NCBI GenBank assembly: GCA_039028615.1
Contig: JBCCHT010000020.1
Span: 32,001-96,000 of the forward strand
Length of the DNA stretch: 64,000 nt
Direction of reading: 5' to 3'
From: Myxococcota bacterium
GTDB taxonomy: Bacteria; Myxococcota_A; Polyangia; Nannocystales; Nannocystaceae
Both the position numbers and the translations under genes were made by a program. A model generated the notes under the pieces. It did no database searches, was not told where the DNA came from, and saw nothing but the letters and a program-made list of their open reading frames with translations. This document shows, piece by piece, positions 27,595-36,357 of this stretch (position 1 is its first letter; every line of letters starts with the position of its first letter).

Positions 27595-28329
27595 TCACAG
27601 CGTGGCGATCACCGCCTGCAGGTAGGGCACGGGCTCGGTGAGCACCGCGGGGTGACCGTGCGCGACGATCACTCGCCGCAGGTCCCCACGCTCGGCGAAG
27701 CGTGACAGCTGGGCCCGAAACTGCGCACGGTCGGTGATCCACTCCCGGCCCAGACCGCGGTGCACGGTGGGCTTGCCCACCCCGATTCGAAAGCGGCCGT
27801 ACAGATACCCCATGACGCCGGGCAAGCGCTCGAGGATGTTGTGGAGGATGTCGTTGAACACCAGCGTCACCCCGTCGGCCGAGCGAACCTCGAGCACGCC
27901 CTCGGCCGGCTTCATCCCCGGCAAGTAGCTCAGGCTCGCGGTGCCATTGGAGGCATGGTCTTCGTAGGTCCCATCGACCTGCACCACCGTGGCCACGTGC
28001 TCTCGCGCTCCCGTGGGGCACAGTAGCTGCGCCTTCGGGTAGCGCCGCTTGAAGTTGGCCGCATCGAGGCGATGGGCCGGGCCGGGCACGACGAGGGTCC
28101 GCGGCTCCCCCAGCGCTTCGAGCTCGGCCATCGCGGCGGAGTCGAGCGCGACCGGGTTGTGGAGGAGTAAGCCGCCGTGCTCGTCGCGAACGACGGTCAT
28201 GCCCCGACGCCCGCTGGCCAGCGGTGGCGGCAGTGCCCCTCGCACGTGCCACTGGTTGTCGGCCAGCGACTCGATCGGCCCGTGCTCGAGCACGACCCAC
28301 TCCTCGAACACCCCACGCATCGACACCAT
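27595..28329 (-). CDS. DUF4336-like metallo-beta-lactamase-fold protein
   Basis: MTVVR, LLLHNPV, VPGPAHRLD, LVFND, VIVAHG. Confidence 0.75.
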   Translation of the reverse strand: MVSMRGVFEEWVVLEHGPIESLADNQWHVRGALPPPLASGRRGMTVVRDEHGGLLLHNPVALDSAAMAELEALGEPRTLVVPGPAHRLDAANFKRRYPKAQLLCPTGAREHVATVVQVDGTYEDHASNGTASLSYLPGMKPAEGVLEVRSADGVTLVFNDILHNILERLPGVMGYLYGRFRIGVGKPTVHRGLGREWITDRAQFRAQLSRFAERGDLRRVIVAHGHPAVLTEPVPYLQAVIATL

Positions 28330-28532
28330 ATCCGCGCAGGCTAGCACTCGACGCGGAAAGTCCAACGGTCGTTTTCCGGCACGTAGCGGGCCTCTTGCGG
28401 CACTTTACGTACACTGGTACTATCGAAATCGGTCGGTGGGTCGAAGGTCGAAGGTCGATGGGCGCCAGACGTCACCCCTTTGTCGCCCTACGCCCCTGGT
28501 CAGTCTCGGCGGCAGTCCTACGCTAAAAATCG

Positions 28533-29138
28533 ATGAGCCTGACTGCTCCCACGACGCTCCGTCAGGCACGCGATCGCTACCTCGGCGAGGCGGGCCTGAG
28601 CACCGCAACCTATACCGACGACTGGGTCGACATCCGTCTCGGGCCCCTGCCCTTGCGGCTGCCGAACACCACCGCCCGCAAGAAGGTGCTGCCGCTGCAC
28701 GACCTGCACCACGCCCTCACCGGGTACAAGGCGGACATCCGAGGCGAGGCGGAGATCGGGGCGTGGGAGCTGGCCGGAGGCATCGGCACGCACACCGTCG
28801 GCTACGTGCTCGACCTGCTCACCTTCGCGTGGGCACCGTGGGTCCTGCCGCGTCGCACGTGGCGAGCGTTCGTCCGCGGTCGCCACAGCAAGAACTTCTA
28901 CCGCGAGCCCCTGCCGCTGGACCCGGCGCTCCTCGAAGAAAACCTCGAGGACGTGCAGCGTCGGCTGAAGCTGGACGTCGAGCATCGTGCCACCGCGGCC
29001 GACGTCACCGCCTTCATCGGTTGGTACCTGGTGGCGCTGCTCATGAGTGTGTTCGGCCTGCTCGGGCTCCCGCTGATGGTGGCGCTCGGGCTCTGGGGAC
29101 AGCGGCAAGCCCGCCAAACCGTCGCCGCCAACCCCTGA
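28533..29138 (+). CDS. Coq4-like HDxxH metal-binding membrane protein
   Basis: LHDLHHALTGYKADIRGEAEI matches the Coq4-type HDxxH(x11)E pattern; C-terminal TM. Confidence 0.65.
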   Translation: MSLTAPTTLRQARDRYLGEAGLSTATYTDDWVDIRLGPLPLRLPNTTARKKVLPLHDLHHALTGYKADIRGEAEIGAWELAGGIGTHTVGYVLDLLTFAWAPWVLPRRTWRAFVRGRHSKNFYREPLPLDPALLEENLEDVQRRLKLDVEHRATAADVTAFIGWYLVALLMSVFGLLGLPLMVALGLWGQRQARQTVAANP

Positions 29139-29287
29139 GTCACCCCAAAGTGTCATGAGTGGATCCGGTACGGTCGTTCAGTAGGACCGTCCCCTCCCGC
29201 CCCAGCGTGACATTTTTCAACGAAACAACGTCTGCCTAGGTGCATCCGGGAGCGGGGGTCGAGCGACCACCGCTCCGGGACCGATCC

Positions 29288-31729
29288 ATGACTTCGCATG
29301 ACGTACAGAGAATCGACCTCCACGTGCACTCCAAGTACGCGGGGAAATTCAATCCGGCTGTGCTCAAACAGCTGGAGGTCGACGAGTCTTATACGGAGCC
29401 GCTCGTGCTGTACGAGCGCATGCTGGAGCGAGGCATGTCGTTGGTCACGATCACCGACCACGACGCCATCCAGGGCTGCCTGGAGATCGCCCACCTGCCC
29501 TACACCTTCATCTCCGAGGAGGTCTCGGCCCGCTTCCCGGAAAACGGTGCGATCGTTCACGTTCTGACCTACGGCATCACGGAGGCGCAGCACGACGAGC
29601 TGCAGCGCCTTCGACGCAACGTCTACGAGCTGGTCCCCTACATGCGAGAGGCAGGGATCCTCCACTCGCTGGCGCATCCCTTTTCCTCGGTCAACCACCG
29701 GCTAACCCCCGACCAACTGCGCAAATGTTTGCTCATGTTCGACACCCTCGAGGTGTTCAACGGGGAGAAGGACGAGCACCACGCGAGGTTCGTGGAGGAG
29801 GTCATCGCCAAGGTCGATGACCGCATGCTCGAGCGCTGGGCCGAGCAGTACGACATGCCCGTGCCGCCTCGCCGCAGCTGGGGCCGGACCGCGGGCTCCG
29901 ACGACCACGTCGGCTGGGGCATGACCCGCGCCTTCACCTCGTTCAAGGGGCCGCGCACCTTCGAGGGCCTGCGCGCCGCGATCGTCGGTCGCAACACCGA
30001 GGTGCAGGGGATCCCCAAGACCCCCGAGGCCTACGGCCACACCGTCTACACGGGCACCATCGGCCACTTCCAGCGTCGCTTCGGCAAGGACAAGAAGGAC
30101 TCGCCCGAGTACGTCGACGTGCCCAACCGGCCGACGTTCAGCCACCTGCTCGACCTGGCTGTCGATCGCAAGATCCCGGCCGACCTCGAGGACCTGCCGC
30201 CCTTCCTGCAGCGCCTGGTGCCGGCCGCCTTCGAGGCGATGGCCGAGGTCGAGGAAATCCCCGGCATGGCCGAGCTGCTCGATCGGGCCCAGGGCCACGA
30301 GCTGCACCGCGAGGTCTACGAGCTGGTCCACGGCGCCTTGCTCCGCGCCTTCCGAACCTGCGCCAAGAAGATGGCGGCGAGCAGCCGCAAGATGGACTTC
30401 GAGATGGTGGTCGACGAGATCCCCACGCTCATCCGTCTCGCGCTGTTCAACATGCCCTACTACTTCGGGTTCCGGTTCTTCAACGGCGAGCGTCGCCGTG
30501 GCTGGGCGCTGTACGAGAGCCTCGAGCTCGAGCAGCCGCTTCAGCGAGCCGAGCGGGCCGCCCTGTTCTGCGACGCGCTCGACAACGTCGACGGCGTCTC
30601 CATCGGCCTGCGCCGCATCGTGCACGAGATGCGCGAGGACGGCCGCGAGGTCTACCTGTGCGGGGCCCATGGCGACGACAGCACCTCGACCACGCTCGAG
30701 GGCACGGAGATGGTCCGCTTCCCCACGCTGGGGCACTTCCCGCTGCCCGGCTACACCGAGTACGAGCTGGGCTGGCCGAGCTTCGTCGAGGTGATCCGCT
30801 GGCTCACCGAAAAAGAAATCGACGTCGTCGTCAGCACCACGCCCGGCCCGGTCGGCGTCATCGCGGTCATGGCCGCCAAGATGCTCGATATCCCGGTCAT
30901 CGGGCAGTACCACACCAACGTCGGCGACTTCGCGGCGCGGATCCTCGGTGACCCCACCATCGGGCGGATGGTCAACGGTGTCACCGGATGGTTCTACAAC
31001 AACATGGGCGAGGTCGCGGTGCCCAGCCGCGCCACCGCGGGCAAGCTCGTCGAGCAGCTCGACCTCCGCAACGATCGCGTTCGCGTGGTCCGACGTGGCG
31101 TCGACACCCAGCGCTTCCACCCCGGCCACGCCGACCCCTCGTTCTGGCGCAGCCACGGACTGCGCGGGCACAACACCCTGCTGTACGTCGGGCGCGTCTC
31201 CCAGGAGAAGAACCTCGAGTTCCTCGCCGATGTGTTCCGCGACCTGGTCGACCACGGCGCCGACCTCGAGCTGGCCGTCGTGGGTGACGGCCCCTACCGC
31301 GAAGAGCTCCAGGGGCTGCTCTCCGAGTACCCCGTGTCCTTCACCGGGTACCTCAGCGGCGTGCACCTGGCCCGGGCTTACGCGTCGGCCGATCTGTTCG
31401 TCTTCCCGTCCACGACCGACACCTTCGGCAACGTGGTGATGGAGGCCCTGGCTTCGGGGACCCCCGCGCTGGTCAGCGACCAAGGAGGCCCGGCGGAGCT
31501 GGTGCATCATCGCGAGGCGGGGCTGGTGCTCACGGCCGGCGATCACGGGCAGTGGCGCGATGCGATCGAGTCGCTGGTGCTCGACACCCAGCAGCGCGAC
31601 ACCATGGGCAACTGCGCCCGTGGGCTCGCCGAGCAGTCGACCTTCGACCTCGCGCGGCAGGCCCAGTGGTCGTTCTACTCCGACAACATCAAGCGCTTCC
31701 GGCAGGACGTCCGCAACCGGATCCGCTGA
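29288..31729 (+). CDS. PHP phosphoesterase domain - GT4 glycosyltransferase fusion
   Basis: DLHVHS, TITDHD, SLAHP, GSDDH (PHP); YHTN, LYVGRVSQEK, PSTTDTFGNVVMEA (GT4). Confidence 0.9.
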   Translation: MTSHDVQRIDLHVHSKYAGKFNPAVLKQLEVDESYTEPLVLYERMLERGMSLVTITDHDAIQGCLEIAHLPYTFISEEVSARFPENGAIVHVLTYGITEAQHDELQRLRRNVYELVPYMREAGILHSLAHPFSSVNHRLTPDQLRKCLLMFDTLEVFNGEKDEHHARFVEEVIAKVDDRMLERWAEQYDMPVPPRRSWGRTAGSDDHVGWGMTRAFTSFKGPRTFEGLRAAIVGRNTEVQGIPKTPEAYGHTVYTGTIGHFQRRFGKDKKDSPEYVDVPNRPTFSHLLDLAVDRKIPADLEDLPPFLQRLVPAAFEAMAEVEEIPGMAELLDRAQGHELHREVYELVHGALLRAFRTCAKKMAASSRKMDFEMVVDEIPTLIRLALFNMPYYFGFRFFNGERRRGWALYESLELEQPLQRAERAALFCDALDNVDGVSIGLRRIVHEMREDGREVYLCGAHGDDSTSTTLEGTEMVRFPTLGHFPLPGYTEYELGWPSFVEVIRWLTEKEIDVVVSTTPGPVGVIAVMAAKMLDIPVIGQYHTNVGDFAARILGDPTIGRMVNGVTGWFYNNMGEVAVPSRATAGKLVEQLDLRNDRVRVVRRGVDTQRFHPGHADPSFWRSHGLRGHNTLLYVGRVSQEKNLEFLADVFRDLVDHGADLELAVVGDGPYREELQGLLSEYPVSFTGYLSGVHLARAYASADLFVFPSTTDTFGNVVMEALASGTPALVSDQGGPAELVHHREAGLVLTAGDHGQWRDAIESLVLDTQQRDTMGNCARGLAEQSTFDLARQAQWSFYSDNIKRFRQDVRNRIR

Positions 31730-31750
31730 GGCCTCGGAGCACCGAGCACG

Positions 31751-31786
31751 AAAAAACGTCGCCTCCGAACGGGGGCGACGTTTTTT
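31751..31786. terminator. Bidirectional intrinsic terminator
   Basis: AAAAAA-CGTCGCCTCC-GAAC-GGGGGCGACG-TTTTTT between convergent genes. Confidence 0.88.
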
Positions 31787-31800
31787 GATTCCGACGTCCG

Positions 31801-32475
31801 CTACTGCGTGACGATGAAGATGCCGAGGGCCGCGACCGCGACGGTCAGCACCCCGACCATGAGGTACAGCTTGGAGCTGTTGCCCGCGGGCTTCAGGTCG
31901 AGGTCGTCGTCGAGCTCGGTCATCGCCGGAGCGGAGGTCGACTCGTTGGCGAGGGCCGCTCCGCTCAGCGAGGCCGAGGCCGCAGCCAGGCCGGACACAC
32001 TGCTGCTGCTCAGGCCCGAAGTGCTGGCGGATGCCGAGTCTTCCGGCACGCTCTGCACCCCGGACTCGGCCGCCTTGGCTTCCTCTTGCTGAATGCGAAC
32101 GAGCTCGTTGACATCGATGAGGCCCGACCCGGCGCTCGCCTTGGCCTGCGTCGCCAACCGGGCCGGCCGCGGAGTGTCGACCGGCGGCGGCGTGGGCTGT
32201 CGAGCACGAGCGGCCGACTCGGCTTTGGCCTGCTCGGCCATGCCGGCCGCGATGGCTCGGATGTCGAGCAAGCCGGACTCCTTTTGGCTTCCGGGTGCCG
32301 GCGTGGCCAAGCGGGCGCGAGCCTTCTTCGGCTTGTCGTCGGTCTTGGGAAGCTTGTCCCACGCGACCGGAGCCAACGCGGGCTCCTCACTCGCGGCGGG
32401 TCGCCCCCAGCTGCCATCGCCCAATGAATCTCCCTTTTCGGAGTTGAACAGGCTCTCTGACCAATCGGCGCTCAT
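31801..32475 (-). CDS. Low-complexity protein with a C-terminal TM anchor
   Basis: Repeated SGLLDIRAIA / SGLIDVNELV motifs and a terminal hydrophobic helix. Confidence 0.72.
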   Translation of the reverse strand: MSADWSESLFNSEKGDSLGDGSWGRPAASEEPALAPVAWDKLPKTDDKPKKARARLATPAPGSQKESGLLDIRAIAAGMAEQAKAESAARARQPTPPPVDTPRPARLATQAKASAGSGLIDVNELVRIQQEEAKAAESGVQSVPEDSASASTSGLSSSSVSGLAAASASLSGAALANESTSAPAMTELDDDLDLKPAGNSSKLYLMVGVLTVAVAALGIFIVTQ

Positions 32476-32744
32476 CGTCGTTCTGCTTATGACTATGGCC
32501 TACCTCGAAGATCCGAGGAAGCCCCGACACGGGACGAATCTTCAGTCTTTTTGAGGCACTCGAGGACGGCGCAGTTTCGCGCAAACGCGCTATTTGTGGC
32601 GGGGCGGGGCTATCCGTGGCGCTAGGGATCGACCGTCGATCATGGTCGACCGACGAAGCGATCTCCCGCCCAGATCACGGGTCGTACATTTCCATCGCTC
32701 GGCGACATTCCACCGACACTGTGGTACATCGCAGCCACTCCCCC

Positions 32745-32951
32745 GTGACGTACAAGTTCGTCTTCGATCCGCAGGCCGAGTGCGTGCGACCCCTGGCCGG
32801 GAATCCACCCCCCGCCCGACCACCGCTTCGGACCCGTCGCCGGCAGAGCGGCAGCTGGGCCATGGTGGTGATCGCGGTCGTGGCTTCGTTGTTCGGATAT
32901 GGCGTGGTGCGGGCGGCGGTTCAGCACAACGCAGCCGCGACCTCGCGCTGA
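32745..32951 (+). CDS. Possible small membrane protein
   Basis: GTG start is inferred; hydrophobic stretch WAMVVIAVVASLFGYGVV. Confidence 0.35.
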   Translation: MTYKFVFDPQAECVRPLAGNPPPARPPLRTRRRQSGSWAMVVIAVVASLFGYGVVRAAVQHNAAATSR

Positions 32952-32982
32952 GACGAACGCGTCGCTCGACTCGAGCACGAGC

Positions 32983-33942
32983 TCAAGGCTCGGCGCCGTC
33001 GAGGATCCACTGCTCGATGGTGTCGATGAGGTCGGGCGCCAGGCCACCATCCGGCGCGGGCATGGGGTTGCCCTCGCCCCCCGCCTCGATGTGCGTGTTG
33101 TTGATCTTGTGCCACAGGTAGCTGTCGGCGGGCACACCGGGCTCGATGCGGTCGAGACCGGCCGCCTCGGTCGACGCCACGTCCACGAGGTTGGCGTAGC
33201 CGTCGGCCATGCTCAGCCCCGCCGGTTCGCCCGCGGTATGGCACTCGCAGTTGGCGTTGATGATGGGCTGGATCGTCTCGGCGAAGCTGATCGCGGGCTC
33301 GCCCGAGCTCTCGGCCGCCGTGTCGTCGGTCGTCTCCGCATCGCCGGAGGTGGTGGGGTCACCCGTGGTGTCGCCCATCTCGCCGCCGGTCGTCATGGGC
33401 TCGCCGGTCGTCGTCCCGGGATCGGCGTCGTCGTTGCCCGTGGTGGGGTTCGGGTCGCCCGTGGTCGCGCTGGGCTCGGCGTCGGAGAGCAGCGCATAGA
33501 AGATCGAGATCCCGTCGTCGATGCCGGTCACCAGCTGCTGCTCGAGGTTGATCTGCGCGACCGGGAGCGCTTCCCAGTTGCCCTGCCCCGATTCGAACGA
33601 GACCGCATCGACGGCCCCGACCGCCAACCCGGTGGTATCGGTGGGCAGCGTGGTCCGGTAGGTGACCGAGGCGGGAATCAGCAGCTCGGGGTTCGGCCGC
33701 ACCAGGTAGGCAGCACCGTAGACATCGGGCGGCTCGTTCGTCGACTCGATGAACAGCTCGACATCTTCTTCGAGCGCGCCGGGAAGGATGGCGATGGTCA
33801 AGACGCTGTCGAGTGAGGTGATGGTGCCCCCATTCGGGCCAATCACCACATTCGCCAGCTCCGTCGAACTACCGCCTCCCGAGTTGCATGCGGCGGCACC
33901 GAGCAGCAGAGCAAGGCCGTGAACACGAAGCGTTGCCTTCAT
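32983..33942 (-). CDS. Lipoprotein with a ZU5-like N-domain, Thr-rich linker and a cytochrome c-like C-domain (CxCH)
   Basis: Lipobox AAAC; IGPNGGTI...IAILPGAL; ISFAETIQPIINANCECH...SYLWHKI...MP...IEQWILDGA. Confidence 0.8.
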   Translation of the reverse strand: MKATLRVHGLALLLGAAACNSGGGSSTELANVVIGPNGGTITSLDSVLTIAILPGALEEDVELFIESTNEPPDVYGAAYLVRPNPELLIPASVTYRTTLPTDTTGLAVGAVDAVSFESGQGNWEALPVAQINLEQQLVTGIDDGISIFYALLSDAEPSATTGDPNPTTGNDDADPGTTTGEPMTTGGEMGDTTGDPTTSGDAETTDDTAAESSGEPAISFAETIQPIINANCECHTAGEPAGLSMADGYANLVDVASTEAAGLDRIEPGVPADSYLWHKINNTHIEAGGEGNPMPAPDGGLAPDLIDTIEQWILDGAEP

Positions 33943-34068
33943 CGCAGTCTTCCCCGAACGCTGAAGGTAGCACGGTCACCTCGCCCGAAGGGCGGGCGCC
34001 ATCGCGCGAGCGCAAACCGGGCTGCCGGCGACGTTCGGGCTCGCGTATCCTCCGGCAGACCAGCCGTC

Positions 34069-35688
34069 ATGCCTTCCCTGCACCAGCTCGGGCTCGCCCT
34101 TCGCACCGCGCGACATCTGCGACCGCAACAGCTCGCCGCCCAGCTCGCTCACCGCGTGCGTGGGCCCGCTCGCATGCCTCGACGTCGGCGTGCGCCCGGC
34201 ATCGACTCGCTGGCTCCATGCTCGGTCGCCTTGTGCCCGTCGCCCGAAGGCCGACCCGGCGCCACTGGAATCGCGCTGGTCGGTCGCCCGCCCCACGACC
34301 CCACCACCGAAGGCTGGGACGCGGGCGCCAACCCGCTGTGGGCGTACACGCTGCACTACCACGGCTGGCTCAACCATCCCGAGGTGAGCACCGAGTTTGC
34401 CCGCGCGACCCTCGGGCACTGGATCGACGAGCATCGCCACGGCGTCGGCTGGGAGCCCTACCCCACTTCGCTCCGGGTGCTGCACTGGCTGGGCTGGCTG
34501 CATCGTCACGGCGCCGAGCTGCAGGCCTTCGAACGCGAGCGCATCTTCGGCTCGCTGGCGGCCCAGCTCGACCACCTCGCGGCCCACGTGGAGGTGCACA
34601 TCGATGGCAACCATCTGTGGACCAACCTCGTCGCGCTGACCACCGCGGGGCTCGCCCTGCGAGGACCCTTGCCGACCCGGCTGCTCGAGCGCTTCGAGGC
34701 TCGCACCGTCGACACCGTGCACGCCCAGCTCGCGGGCGACGGGATGCACGGCGAGCGAACGCCCTCGTACCACTGCCTGCTCACCGAGCAGCTCGCCGTG
34801 CTGTCGTCGTTTGCCCGGTCGCAGCGGCCCCGCCTCGCCCATGCGCTCGCGCCCGCGCTGTCGGCCATGCTCGAGTCGATCCCCGCGTTCACCCACCCCG
34901 ACGGCGACGTCGCGCTGTGGGGAGACAGCCAGCGCAACGCCCCCGTCACTCCCCAAACGCTGCTCGAGCGATTGGGTCGCACCATGCCCCGGGGGCATGC
35001 GGATGCCCCGGTCAGCGGCTTCGCCCGACGTCAGTGGGGGCCGTGGTCGCTGCTGTGGAATCGGGGCGACGTCGGCCTGTCGCACCAGGTCGGGCACGTG
35101 CACGGCGATGCCTTGGCGATCGAGCTCAGTCTCGGCGGCACGCGTGTGGTGGTCGATGCCGGGGTGGGCACCTACGAGATCGGGCCCGAGCGCGCCTACG
35201 CCCGATCCACCGCGGCCCACAACACGGTCACCGTGGGCTCGGGCGCGACCGACCAGCACGAGCTGTGGGCGAGCCATCGCATCGGGGCACGGGCGCAACC
35301 CCAGACCCTCGCCTGCGCCGACGATCGGATCGTGGCCGAGGTCCGCGGTCACGCCAGCCCGGCCACCCACCGCCGCCGCATCGAGCACGAGGGCGAGGTC
35401 ATCCGCGTGACCGACACCCTCGACCAACCGAACGTGCCGGCCGTGGTTCGCTACTTCGTCCCCGCCACGCTCGAGCCGAGGCTGCGCGGCGAGACCGTCG
35501 AGCTCGAGGCGGCCGGACGCCGGGTGCAGATCCGGGCGCCGGGCGGCCGCTGGCACGCCAGCGATGCTCCGGGCTGGGTCGGCATGGGTCGTAGCGCGCC
35601 GCGGGTGTGCCTGTCGCTGCCGCTGGGGATGCAGGGCACGGTCGTCGAGTTCCGCGCCCTCGGGGGCGGACCCGCGACGCCTCCCTGA
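34069..35688 (+). CDS. Heparinase II/III-family protein
   Basis: GWEPYPTSLR, GNHLWTN, DGMHGERTPSYH, GHVHGDAL, VVDAGVGTY, RSTAAHNTV. Confidence 0.88.
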   Translation: MPSLHQLGLALRTARHLRPQQLAAQLAHRVRGPARMPRRRRAPGIDSLAPCSVALCPSPEGRPGATGIALVGRPPHDPTTEGWDAGANPLWAYTLHYHGWLNHPEVSTEFARATLGHWIDEHRHGVGWEPYPTSLRVLHWLGWLHRHGAELQAFERERIFGSLAAQLDHLAAHVEVHIDGNHLWTNLVALTTAGLALRGPLPTRLLERFEARTVDTVHAQLAGDGMHGERTPSYHCLLTEQLAVLSSFARSQRPRLAHALAPALSAMLESIPAFTHPDGDVALWGDSQRNAPVTPQTLLERLGRTMPRGHADAPVSGFARRQWGPWSLLWNRGDVGLSHQVGHVHGDALAIELSLGGTRVVVDAGVGTYEIGPERAYARSTAAHNTVTVGSGATDQHELWASHRIGARAQPQTLACADDRIVAEVRGHASPATHRRRIEHEGEVIRVTDTLDQPNVPAVVRYFVPATLEPRLRGETVELEAAGRRVQIRAPGGRWHASDAPGWVGMGRSAPRVCLSLPLGMQGTVVEFRALGGGPATPP

Positions 35689-35779
35689 TCGGCGCGATGA
35701 AAACGGGCCGTGGACCATCCGGGATCGGATGGCACACGGCCCGCACCTCGGGCTCGGGCGCATGCCCGAGCCCACCGCC

Positions 35780-36175
35780 TCAGCCCGTCTTGCGGGCCTT
35801 GCCCGGCCCGATCCAGATCGAGCTGGTCCGCGCCGCTCCGTTGGCGGCCTCGTCCGCGGCGGTCCCCACCGTGTTCACCAGCGCCTCCACGCCCTGCTGA
35901 GAAGTGGAGAGGGTGTCCTCGATGACGGCGTCCACGTGACCCACGAGTCGGCGCGTCAGCGACGTGAAGCCCTGCTGGGTGCTCTCTACGGTGTCGAACA
36001 CGTCCTTGAGTCGGGCCTTCCACTCACCGTGGACGTCACGGGCGGCGGTGAAGCTGGTTTGTACGAGCTTGCGTGCGTAGCCGGTGCCCAAACCGATCCA
36101 GGTCTGGAGGATCGCCTCGGACGGGCGGGTGAGCGCAGTGACATCGCTATCGTGCTCTTCCATGGTCTGGACCAT
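35780..36175 (-). CDS. Hypothetical amphipathic helical protein (phasin-like?)
   Basis: 131-aa helical ORF with GC3 bias; the family guess is weak. Confidence 0.6.
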   Translation of the reverse strand: MVQTMEEHDSDVTALTRPSEAILQTWIGLGTGYARKLVQTSFTAARDVHGEWKARLKDVFDTVESTQQGFTSLTRRLVGHVDAVIEDTLSTSQQGVEALVNTVGTAADEAANGAARTSSIWIGPGKARKTG

Positions 36176-36357
36176 GACAAGGATCGATGCCCGCGACGAT
36201 GATCCGCGGTCGAATGCTGATGGCCAAATACCGGTAGAAGAGCGGCGTATTCGGTGGGACGCCGTCCTTCGTAAAGGCAGTCAACGGGAGCGCAATCGAA
36301 CGAGGCCGCGACTCCGCCCGGAGCCGCGACCTACTCGATCGGCGTGTCGCGACTGAA

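Noticed and set aside
28439..28459. Short tandem GGTCGAA repeat (about three copies)
   Set aside because: Too short to separate from chance or slippage.
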